Positions 8,948 through 17,016 of a DNA stretch of 64,000 nucleotides are shown here, in pieces (the stretch's first letter is position 1; every line of letters starts with the position of its first letter). Below the pieces are notes generated by a model, which was not told the DNA's origin, did not search any database, and saw only the letters and a program-made list of their open reading frames with translations. A program made the translations under genes and the position numbers. Source of the DNA: Alphaproteobacteria bacterium (GTDB lineage: Bacteria > Pseudomonadota > Alphaproteobacteria > Rs-D84); assembly GCA_017524525.1 (NCBI GenBank), contig JAFXVM010000009.1, positions 3,421-67,420 on the forward strand, written 5' to 3'.

Positions 8948-9511
8948 CTAAAATTGTTTGTTACCTATTGGCTTAGTACCATATGTGTCGTTAAAAGTCG
9001 TGATTATTCTACCTTCAATTTCTTTTGAAACCCTATTATGATATTCCCACCCCATAAAACTTCCAATTGTTTTAGGAATATATAAACAGTAAATATAAAC
9101 AGGAAGCCCTATCGTTAACACAGATTGCAATATAAACCAATTAGTTGCAGAATTTGTCGCATTCTCTTTTTTTCTGTACGCATTTTTACCACAATGATAT
9201 GATCGAATTCTTTCCTTCATGGTTGTTATTGATTTGCCAAGCTTTAACAATTTTCCATCAACCACAAGAGCATATATCAAATCTTCTTGATTATTATATC
9301 TTTCATCCTTTATATCCATATCCCATTTTTCTTCTTCAACATTAGGATTACCAACAGCCACCAAAATAAAATCGTCTTTTGTTAGTTTTTTACCACTAGG
9401 GGTAAGAATTTCAAACTCATCCCAGTTTAATTCGTTTTTTAAATCTTCTTTTTTTGTTAAATGCTGTGTCGATATTGTTTTATTCATATAAAAATCCTCT
9501 ATTGTGTGCAT
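8948..9511 (-). CDS. Putative GIY-YIG-type nuclease, candidate cognate restriction endonuclease
   Basis: Its stop is 1 nt from the convergent methyltransferase stop. LIYALVVDGKLLKLGKS...KERIRSY...SKEIEGRI has the spacing of GIY / YIG-like / Arg / Glu elements of GIY-YIG nucleases. The size (187 aa) is similar to known GIY-YIG restriction enzymes. Confidence 0.45.
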   Translation of the reverse strand: MHTIEDFYMNKTISTQHLTKKEDLKNELNWDEFEILTPSGKKLTKDDFILVAVGNPNVEEEKWDMDIKDERYNNQEDLIYALVVDGKLLKLGKSITTMKERIRSYHCGKNAYRKKENATNSATNWFILQSVLTIGLPVYIYCLYIPKTIGSFMGWEYHNRVSKEIEGRIITTFNDTYGTKPIGNKQF

Positions 9512-9547
9512 ATTATCATATTTTATGCCCAGTTACAACAATATTGT

Positions 9548-9814
9548 TTATAGTCGATTTTTTAATTTAATTTCCCAGCATTCTGGCAAATTTAAATCAT
9601 TTTTATCTGTGGTAATGCTAATTGAAGCAATTTTGTATGTAGCAGTTGTATTCGTATAACCTTTATGAAAAACAACCATATCATAATGCTTGTTTGTCAA
9701 CCGCTTGTTCCAATAATCAGAACATTCACGATATTCTGAGGTTTTCTCCCCAGACACTATCTTATCAAACCAATGGTGTTTCAAAACAAGATGTAAAACA
9801 GCATCATTTTTCAT
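9548..9814 (-). CDS. ASCH-like domain protein (88 aa from the internal ATG)
   Basis: LVLKHHWFDKIVSGEKTSEYRECSDYW...MVVFHKGY resembles the ASCH beta-barrel N-terminal signature (xxWxxxIxxGxKTxExR). Start chosen at 9814. Confidence 0.5.
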   Translation of the reverse strand: MKNDAVLHLVLKHHWFDKIVSGEKTSEYRECSDYWNKRLTNKHYDMVVFHKGYTNTTATYKIASISITTDKNDLNLPECWEIKLKNRL

Positions 9815-9897
9815 GCTGAGTATTATAACAAAACATAATATTTTTTCAACACTTTGGTTATTATATTGCCCATTGATATTTCTGATTTTGTACCTAT

Positions 9898-10872
9898 ATG
9901 GTACACATGAGCAACGAAACAAAATCTTTACCTAAACAAGACAACAAAGACCACTTTGTGCCACAGGTTTACTTACGTCGTTTTATTGATGCAAATACAA
10001 ATAAATTACACGTTTATGATAGACAAGAAGACAGATGGTTTGAAGCCCCAACAAAACGTATATGTTATGAATTAGGTTGGGATAAATTAGATACAGAAGG
10101 TACAGATACATATTTATCGGATCATTTGAAAGCTCTAGAACCACATATCGGGTCATTTTTACAAGGGTTAAAAAGGGAGAAAATTTCAGACCATGACAGG
10201 TACTATTTTGCGACATGGCTTGCCATTTTATTTGCAATGTCACCTGCAAGAAAAGAGTACGACTATTTATCTCTACAATTACTTGGACAAAATGTAGATC
10301 CAAATTCTCAGGATTTAAACTTCGCATTAAAAAAACGTAATTTACAACAAGCCCGTCAGATAGGTATGTTGCTGTATGCATATGATTGGCATTTAACCTA
10401 TAATTTTACTGACATGCCTTTTATAACATGTGATTTTCCTGCGCACTATCTGTGCCTTAATGATACTGTTCCTCCTCTATATCAACCATTAGGCTTTGTA
10501 TTGGATCCGCATACATTTTTAAGAATATCACCTAAATTGGTTATACAACCAGAAGTTTATCAACCAGGATTTTCTGATTTTACCAAGGTGCAACCTGGAC
10601 AAATGTTATACGGTAAAATATCAAAATTTTGGAAACATGCCCAAAGAACTGTTTCCAGAATTAACGAACCTGCCATTTTTAATGCCAATCGCTTTGTTAT
10701 ATCATCATACTTAGATGATGGATTAAAGCAGTTTGTTAAAAACAGACGCAATAGCACAACCAAATTTCAACCAATTGTCACCCAAACCAAAAATGGTCCC
10801 GTTATACAAACTAGACTTGTTAACAATTTTGAAAACGTACCATTAAGATTACCTAAAAAATTCACTATATAA
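9898..10872 (+). CDS. DUF4238 family protein
   Basis: The N-terminal NKDHFVPQVYLRRF matches the H-(F/Y)-VPQ-x-YL-x-x-F signature I associate with DUF4238. It is divergent from the ASCH gene across an 83-bp spacer. Confidence 0.6.
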   Translation: MVHMSNETKSLPKQDNKDHFVPQVYLRRFIDANTNKLHVYDRQEDRWFEAPTKRICYELGWDKLDTEGTDTYLSDHLKALEPHIGSFLQGLKREKISDHDRYYFATWLAILFAMSPARKEYDYLSLQLLGQNVDPNSQDLNFALKKRNLQQARQIGMLLYAYDWHLTYNFTDMPFITCDFPAHYLCLNDTVPPLYQPLGFVLDPHTFLRISPKLVIQPEVYQPGFSDFTKVQPGQMLYGKISKFWKHAQRTVSRINEPAIFNANRFVISSYLDDGLKQFVKNRRNSTTKFQPIVTQTKNGPVIQTRLVNNFENVPLRLPKKFTI

Positions 10873-10944
10873 TCACACCCCTGGCTATTTATGAATTTTG
10901 TTAGTAGTTTTCTGTTAATATTTAATTCATCGCTGGTACAAAAA

Positions 10945-11994
10945 TTATTTATTGCCGATTCCCTTCACTATATTCGAGATTTGTTCCAATTTCTTCAAAA
11001 GATCTCTATCGTTATGTTTATCATTTGAGTGAATCTGTGTAAAAAATATTTTGGCCATTTCTATTTTAAACTGATCTTTTTCAGAATAGTTACCATATTG
11101 ATTTTGCTCTATATCGGCCAGATACGGATTTATTGATAAAATCGCATTACTTAAATCTCTAAACTTAAAAGATCTTTCTCTATACACCTTTTCTATTTTA
11201 GAAAAAAACAATGCAGGTAACAGAGCTAAAAATGATATAGATATACGTAAAATTGCTCCTCCAAAAGATAAATTTAATATATCAGATGGGAAAATTTCTT
11301 CCAAACTACCACTAAATATATTGCACAACATTGGTATAATTATTGGCAAAACAATAAAGCCTAAAGCACAAAACATCGCTATATTCGTATATTTTAAGAA
11401 CTTATCTGCATTTTGCTCGGACACTGCAGATATGTCTGAATAATATTTTGCTTTTTCTTTTGTTGTATACTTTGAAGAAAATTCTTTGATATCCCCAACC
11501 AAATTATTTAAATATTCTTTATTTTTAGTTGATTCTTGTAAATTTTGGTCCAAAGCAGATTTATATGAAACTAATTCTTTCTGAATTTGTTCTTTATACT
11601 TATCTGCCTCTTGCTTATATACATGTGCAATTTTATTAAAATCATTTGCGATGTTTTTTCTACTTCGCCCAGGATACCCAGCTGTGATCTTTATTATGTT
11701 TAATAAGTGTGCACGTATCTGTTCTGCAACATATGATATGTTATCTTTTAAATTTGTTTGTTTTAAATAATTTATAATATGTTGTAAATTATTACTGATA
11801 TTGTTTAAATCATTTACACCTAGTAAAAAAGCATTAACTTTTGCCAGATCATTTTCAACATCTATAACACTATCTACAATAAAAGCTAATTCTAATCCAT
11901 CTGGTTGTTCAAAAACAGGGTTCTCTTCACGAATGTTTCGTATTTCTTGAATTAGTGTGTGAAATCTATGACTATTAAATTCTTCTAATTGCAT
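10945..11994 (-). CDS. Hypothetical coiled-coil protein with two C-proximal TM helices
   Basis: 349 aa. A long Lys/Glu/Asn-rich helical N-terminal half is followed by IAMFCALGFIVLPIIIPMLCNIF and GGAILRISISFLALLPALFF. Confidence 0.6.
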   Translation of the reverse strand: MQLEEFNSHRFHTLIQEIRNIREENPVFEQPDGLELAFIVDSVIDVENDLAKVNAFLLGVNDLNNISNNLQHIINYLKQTNLKDNISYVAEQIRAHLLNIIKITAGYPGRSRKNIANDFNKIAHVYKQEADKYKEQIQKELVSYKSALDQNLQESTKNKEYLNNLVGDIKEFSSKYTTKEKAKYYSDISAVSEQNADKFLKYTNIAMFCALGFIVLPIIIPMLCNIFSGSLEEIFPSDILNLSFGGAILRISISFLALLPALFFSKIEKVYRERSFKFRDLSNAILSINPYLADIEQNQYGNYSEKDQFKIEMAKIFFTQIHSNDKHNDRDLLKKLEQISNIVKGIGNK

Positions 11995-12202
11995 AATAAA
12001 CCTTTTGCCTTTTAATAATAAGTCTTTATATAAAAAAACTACTCTACTTTTTCTATTTAACTGGTCGTATAATAGTAAAAATTTATTACATTTTCAATAC
12101 AATTTCTGAAAATTAGAAGTATAATTTAAAACCTAAATTGATATGTGTTTTAGGATTATTTTTACATACATAACGTACTAAAAACACACCGAATTTTTAC
12201 AA

Positions 12203-12700
12203 ATGTTTGCAGCAAATGGTATAAATTATTTTGATGACCGTATCAGAAAAATATATCCGTATAATGTTGATTTCTTTGTAAATTTCACTTTTGACAGCAT
12301 TCCACTGCATGTAAAATTTGATGAATTTTTTTCTCATTATATTATGCACTTTCTGCCAAAAACACATAAAAAATATAATGATGCTGCTTGTGCAAAATTT
12401 GATAATTCTGGAGAACCAATATTATTGGATAACAAAAATCCATTTGTAGAACTTTTTTACAAAGGAATATATCAATCGTTGAAAGATAATATTTTAACAG
12501 AACAAGATGCTATACATTTCTTGTGTACCGAAGATTTACCTTGGCTACAACATACTTTATTAATGACACATAATAATTACGATCAAACTCCATGGAAATA
12601 TTTTAATCCACAAGATAGTATACCAGAACCAAGCAAAACATTATCTAAACTGTCATATTACTATAACAAAATAAAAAGCCTTGAAAAAAAGTCAGTATAA
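12203..12700 (+). CDS. Hypothetical 165-aa protein
   Basis: ORF co-oriented with, and 33 nt upstream of, the NUDIX gene. No recognised motif. Confidence 0.5.
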   Translation: MFAANGINYFDDRIRKIYPYNVDFFVNFTFDSIPLHVKFDEFFSHYIMHFLPKTHKKYNDAACAKFDNSGEPILLDNKNPFVELFYKGIYQSLKDNILTEQDAIHFLCTEDLPWLQHTLLMTHNNYDQTPWKYFNPQDSIPEPSKTLSKLSYYYNKIKSLEKKSV

Positions 12701-12733
12701 TATACAATGACACAAGCATGAAGGAGTATATAA

Positions 12734-13216
12734 ATGAAGGATTTAACTTTTGATGGGGATTACGGAAAATTTAATATTCGTGTTGCTGTACTGGTAGAAC
12801 ACAAAGATAAATTATTGACCCAGAATGCTGGGGACAATTATTGGTTAATTGGTGGGCGTATCCATTTTGGTGAAGATTCTAAACAAGCAATACTCCGGGA
12901 AATTTCAGAAGAATTATGTTATACAGTATCAGATAAAGATTCTTTAAAAATAAATTTTATTTGTGAAAATTTCTTTATGTGGGATCAGACACCTTGTCAT
13001 GAAATCTTATTTATATACAGATTGATTTTATCGGACGATTCTGAATTGATAAAAAAAGATTGTTTTAAATGTGGCGACAATAGTAAATTTATTGAAAAAT
13101 GGGTTGATTTTGACAAATTAAAAAACACCAGTTTAGTGCCAAAATTTATTCCAGAATATATTAAACATCGTGAATTTAGGTATTGTGTCATTCGTGATGC
13201 GAAACCGGTTGGTTAA
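12734..13216 (+). CDS. NUDIX hydrolase
   Basis: Nudix box GGRIHFGEDSKQAILREISEELCY (Gx5Ex7REUxEExGU pattern). RBS GAAGGAG lies upstream. Confidence 0.8.
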   Translation: MKDLTFDGDYGKFNIRVAVLVEHKDKLLTQNAGDNYWLIGGRIHFGEDSKQAILREISEELCYTVSDKDSLKINFICENFFMWDQTPCHEILFIYRLILSDDSELIKKDCFKCGDNSKFIEKWVDFDKLKNTSLVPKFIPEYIKHREFRYCVIRDAKPVG

Positions 13217-13297
13217 AAGTTTATCTTCAACACAGATTTTATAATAAAGCGATCTCAAAGGGGCAAAAACGACTCATCACGATACACCAGCGCACAA

Positions 13298-13735
13298 TTA
13301 ACCGCATATTGCGTTCGCAACGTTATTTATTGCGCGATAAGTGCTGCTGTCCATGATGTGCGTGTACCCTTCGGTGGTGGTTATGCGGGAATGCCCGGCC
13401 GCTTCTTTCATAGCCGCCATATTTTCGCCTATATTCGCCCCCATACTGATGAAAGAATGCCGCAGATCGTGTATTCGCATGTGCGGAAGTTTTGCGTATT
13501 CCAACGCCCATTCAAACGGTTTGCGGATGTTATTTATCGGGCGACGGGTATTACCAACGCCAGGGAATACATATTTGCTACCCAACACCTTGGCTTCATC
13601 CAGCGCAGCCTGTTCTTTCTGTTGTTGCTCCTGTTTTTCAATACGCGGATCTTGGCCCTGGGCGATTTTATGTCGCAGGTTCCAAGCCATATTGCGGATG
13701 TCTTTGATTGAATAGTCGTTATATCGCCCGATATA
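13298..13735 (-). pseudogene. Decayed tyrosine recombinase (P4-type integrase) lacking the central part
   Basis: The catalytic C-terminus is present (HDLRHSF, AGHSRITTTEGYTH). An N-terminal arm-like stretch (YIGRYNDYSIKDIRNMAWNLRHKIAQGQDP) is joined directly to it, so roughly the central 200 aa, including the first catalytic Arg, are missing. There is no proper start. The segment is GC-richer, which produces overlapping ORFs in many frames. Confidence 0.75.
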
Positions 13736-13770
13736 AAGATTGCATTTTTTAACAAATAAATTATTTTTAT

Positions 13771-14280
13771 TTATTGAATTCGGATTTTCCAGCCATCAAA
13801 AACGTACCCGTTTTTTGTTGGCGGTGTCGGCAATGAAAATTCTTCGCCATAAGTACACACGGTCGCGGCATTAGCATCATTAGTTATCTGAACATCATCG
13901 CTATACCATGTGATAAGTATTTCATTTGGACGCCATTTAGCATTCAATTTTGCAGAACCATTAAACTGTGGCAATGTCAAAGCGTCACAACCATTTGCCA
14001 CATTTTGAGAAATAAGACCGCTATATGTAATACCCTGAGTAGTATTTTCATCGAAAGTAAAACTTCCCCCGGGACAAGTGTAACCTGCCGGACAAGGTTG
14101 GCAAGATATAGCGTTAGCTGGCAAATAATATCCACTTTGGCATGTATAGGTATTCGCTTGGAATACAGCGTTTATACTCATACCAGTACGACACCCCGAA
14201 GGAACATTTTCCGTAACATATCCATACACGCAATTCACATAAAATAAGCAAATAACAAAAAAATCAAATATTTTTCGCAT
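13771..14280 (-). CDS. Secreted Cys-rich protein with a C-terminal Listeria-Bacteroides (InlB B-repeat-like) module
   Basis: Signal peptide is MRKIFDFFVICLFYVNCVYG. A Cys-rich block reads YTCQSGYYLPANAISCQPCPAGYTCPGG. The C-terminal ITWYSDD...CTYGEEFSLPTPPTKNGYVFDGWK fits the repeat pattern. Confidence 0.7.
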   Translation of the reverse strand: MRKIFDFFVICLFYVNCVYGYVTENVPSGCRTGMSINAVFQANTYTCQSGYYLPANAISCQPCPAGYTCPGGSFTFDENTTQGITYSGLISQNVANGCDALTLPQFNGSAKLNAKWRPNEILITWYSDDVQITNDANAATVCTYGEEFSLPTPPTKNGYVFDGWKIRIQ

Positions 14281-14283
14281 ATT

Positions 14284-15165
14284 TTATAAACCGTACCCAA
14301 AAGTTCCTGTTCCTATATTATATAAAAACTCCTCACTTACTTTATCATACATACATGGAACACCATTTATATCCAACACTGGTATTAAATCAAATACTGT
14401 TGTTCCGTTACTGCGTTTTAACCACGCCCTGTAAAGCCGCATCCGTGATGGGTTCGCCCATGAATCATAATTGTCACGGAAAATAGTTACGTGTCCGTTT
14501 GATGTATAATTTGTTGCTATTTGACCACTCGTCAAAGTATACGTTGCACCATTGGAAGTATTAGTCAAAGTTGAATTTAACCGTCTTGTTGAAGTATTTA
14601 TTTTCCAATGTTCTGTTGTCCTGATATTTAATAACTTGTTCAAATCTATAGCCGGATTATATGCATAGTTTGAATCAAGAACCCACATTTGTTGCTTGTT
14701 AGTCACCTGACGGCCGCCACCAGTAATAGTAGAATTCGCACTTTGCCCTGCAATCGGCCCACCTGAACCATACCCTTTATTTTCACCAGATAGAATTCCT
14801 GTGTGCATATAGTCTATAAAAAATTCATCACCATACATAAAATCGGCATTTGTACGAATGAATTGAGTGCCCGTTGATTCTATATACGCTATTTCTGTAT
14901 ATCTTTGAATTTCCCACCCAATAAAAGTGTGACCATACTTAGTTGGAGTCGCAGGCAGTATCAAATCATTACCAGATTCACATGTAGTTTGAGTATAAGT
15001 ACTACCATCAACCAACCAATCTACAGTTAAAGTCTCACCACTAGCAAAGTCCGCATAAATTAAAAAAACACCCATACATAAATCGGTACCGATTTGTTTC
15101 ACGGCCCAACAAAAGTTACCTGTGTGCATGTGCATATAAGCTTTTACGGACTTCAGCAGCTTCAT
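14284..15165 (-). CDS. Secreted/surface protein with an N-terminal B-repeat-like module and an uncharacterised C-terminal domain
   Basis: LTVDWLVDGSTYTQTTCESGNDLILPATPTKYGHTFIGWE is followed by EIAYIESTGTQFIRTN...LYNIGTGTFGYGL. It lies 3 nt upstream of the previous gene on the same strand. Confidence 0.7.
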   Translation of the reverse strand: MKLLKSVKAYMHMHTGNFCWAVKQIGTDLCMGVFLIYADFASGETLTVDWLVDGSTYTQTTCESGNDLILPATPTKYGHTFIGWEIQRYTEIAYIESTGTQFIRTNADFMYGDEFFIDYMHTGILSGENKGYGSGGPIAGQSANSTITGGGRQVTNKQQMWVLDSNYAYNPAIDLNKLLNIRTTEHWKINTSTRRLNSTLTNTSNGATYTLTSGQIATNYTSNGHVTIFRDNYDSWANPSRMRLYRAWLKRSNGTTVFDLIPVLDINGVPCMYDKVSEEFLYNIGTGTFGYGL

Positions 15166-15220
15166 ATTTTTGTTACCCTTTTCTCTCGTAGCGAGATTAT
15201 ACCACTTTGTTGTTTATTAA

Positions 15221-15760
15221 GCAAATATTTTTGCTTTTGACTTTGATGGGACATTGGTAGATTTTCATCTTGCTTATCAACAAAAAGATAAGTTGTATGT
15301 TCAGCATTTTTATAACAAAGAAGTGCCTGAGGATTTTCTTGAGCATCAAGAACAACATTATAGAATGTTACTTAGCCAACCATACCCCATTGAATATTAT
15401 ATGCATTTGGATAAGCTTTTTGGTGATGGTTGTCTGCCAGCAGAAGAAATAAAAAAAACATTTGTTGTGGGTAGATGAGCATTTGGTAAAGCCACAGATA
15501 AAAATAAAAACTGGGGCTTTGGAAGCCTTGAATATCATAAAATCCAAATTTCCCCATAAAAAATTTCTATTGGTTACAGGGTCAAAGAAGCGTGAAATAG
15601 ACTATTTTAGTTATAACCCATTATCAAATCTATCTACCCTACTAAATATCAACAATTTCTTTGATTGTATTATCACTCAAGATGATGTTTTAGAACAAAA
15701 GCCATCCCCAGAGCCATATAAAAAAAGCATTGAGAACACAGGGAAAATACAAACAGAAAT
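15221..15760 (+). pseudogene. Decayed HAD-superfamily hydrolase (phosphatase/beta-phosphoglucomutase-like)
   Basis: HAD motif I is encoded at 15236-15262 (FDFDGTLVD), but an in-frame TAA at 15218 sits three codons upstream of it and there is no ATG/GTG start before the motif. The frame breaks at the A8 run (15451-15458). The downstream frame carries LLVTGSKKRE and KPSPEPY, but the final GDxxxD motif is missing. Confidence 0.65.
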
Positions 15761-15761
15761 T

Positions 15762-16118
15762 TTATTTCCGTTTTGTCTTTTTTTGGTTTTTGGTTCGGTA
15801 TTCTAGAAATTTTTCCAAACCCATTGTGATGGTAGCAGTCAAAAGACGTTCCAAATTCTGTTTTGATAATATATTGTTATTTTCTGATTCGCACTGACAT
15901 TTATTTTTACAAAATAATCTTGATATTTCCGGAGCCCACCAAAAAATTAAACCTATCATCGCTGGCAACATTGCGCAAAGCAAAAAATATTTAAAATGTA
16001 TTTGCGCACAAAAATTAGAATTAAAAATATAAATACAGTACGACGGTATTTGCAATATTGTTAATACCATAAATTCATATAAAATTAGTACGGTAAGAAA
16101 AACTTTTATTCTGTGCAT
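15762..16118 (-). CDS. Small hydrophobic hypothetical protein
   Basis: 118-aa ORF with 3 predicted TM stretches. No homology recognised, and it could be spurious in AT-rich DNA. Confidence 0.35.
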   Translation of the reverse strand: MHRIKVFLTVLILYEFMVLTILQIPSYCIYIFNSNFCAQIHFKYFLLCAMLPAMIGLIFWWAPEISRLFCKNKCQCESENNNILSKQNLERLLTATITMGLEKFLEYRTKNQKKTKRK

Positions 16119-16170
16119 ACAAAAATTATAAAAACAAATTCATAAAAATATAACAGGTATCTTTTCCATC

Positions 16171-16194
16171 AAAAAACCGCCCAATCAGGCGGTT
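16171..16194 (-). terminator. Rho-independent terminator after cvpA
   Basis: On the minus strand, hairpin aaccgcc-tgattg-ggcggtt is followed by tttttt. Confidence 0.6.
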
Positions 16195-16197
16195 CAA

Positions 16198-16911
16198 TTA
16201 ATTCTTATGTTTTTCTTGGATTGCATTTGCAACAGATTCTATCTGCATCAACTGATTTTCAAGTGCCACGCGTTCCGAAGATTTATAACCAGTTTCTTTA
16301 TCAGTATTAACGCCGGCAGTATTCCTTTCGATAACCTTTTTCTTAACAGCAGGATTTATCATATTAGCATGCTGTTTTCTGTCTGCGTCTAAGTCACGCT
16401 TTAACAATTTGCTGTTTCCAAAAAGGAACCAATCATCCATCTTCACAGCAGTTAATTGCATAACCGGACGTGTTCTTGCATCTGCAATCCACGTTGGCAA
16501 ACCACGTGGCATATCCGAATAATACCAAAGCATTCCCCAATACACAAAGCCCATAACGATAACACTGCGTATTATACCAAAAACAACACCCAATGTTTTA
16601 TCAACCACAGATAAAAAACTGTCCTGAACACGTTCGCGAATCTTTTGATTCACAAACCCAACAATTACCAAGATGATAAAGAATACTATGAAATACGAAA
16701 CGACCAGCGTCACTACCGTTGAATCTGGCAAATGAAACCATTTTTGCAAAAGCCCATCTAAAAATGGTGATGCAAATCGTGCCGTAATAGCAGCAACAAC
16801 CCAAGATAATGTCGCAATAGTCTCGTATACACCACCACGAATTGTTGCCCAAACAGTAGATGCAAGAATAACCACTATGTAAATATAATCTAAAACAGTT
16901 AAATCAAACAT
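16198..16911 (-). CDS. cvpA: CvpA-family (colicin V production) membrane protein
   Basis: The N-terminus MFDLTVLDYIYIVVILASTVWATIRGGVYE and the 4-TM layout are typical of CvpA. Confidence 0.8.
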   Translation of the reverse strand: MFDLTVLDYIYIVVILASTVWATIRGGVYETIATLSWVVAAITARFASPFLDGLLQKWFHLPDSTVVTLVVSYFIVFFIILVIVGFVNQKIRERVQDSFLSVVDKTLGVVFGIIRSVIVMGFVYWGMLWYYSDMPRGLPTWIADARTRPVMQLTAVKMDDWFLFGNSKLLKRDLDADRKQHANMINPAVKKKVIERNTAGVNTDKETGYKSSERVALENQLMQIESVANAIQEKHKN

Positions 16912-17016
16912 CTTTTCGCGCCTTATTTTCTCTTCTTGGCTATAACCAAAACAAATCCTGCTAATAAAAGAACCAAGAAACCTATTAACAGGATATTAGT
17001 TGTTTTGTCGCTAAGA

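Noticed and set aside
13323-13755. Six overlapping 60-125-aa ORFs on both strands around the integrase remnant
   Set aside because: They all overlap one another in a locally GC-richer segment, where stop codons are rare. Only the minus-strand frame with HDLRHS/GHS..Y recombinase motifs makes biological sense. The rest are compositional artefacts.
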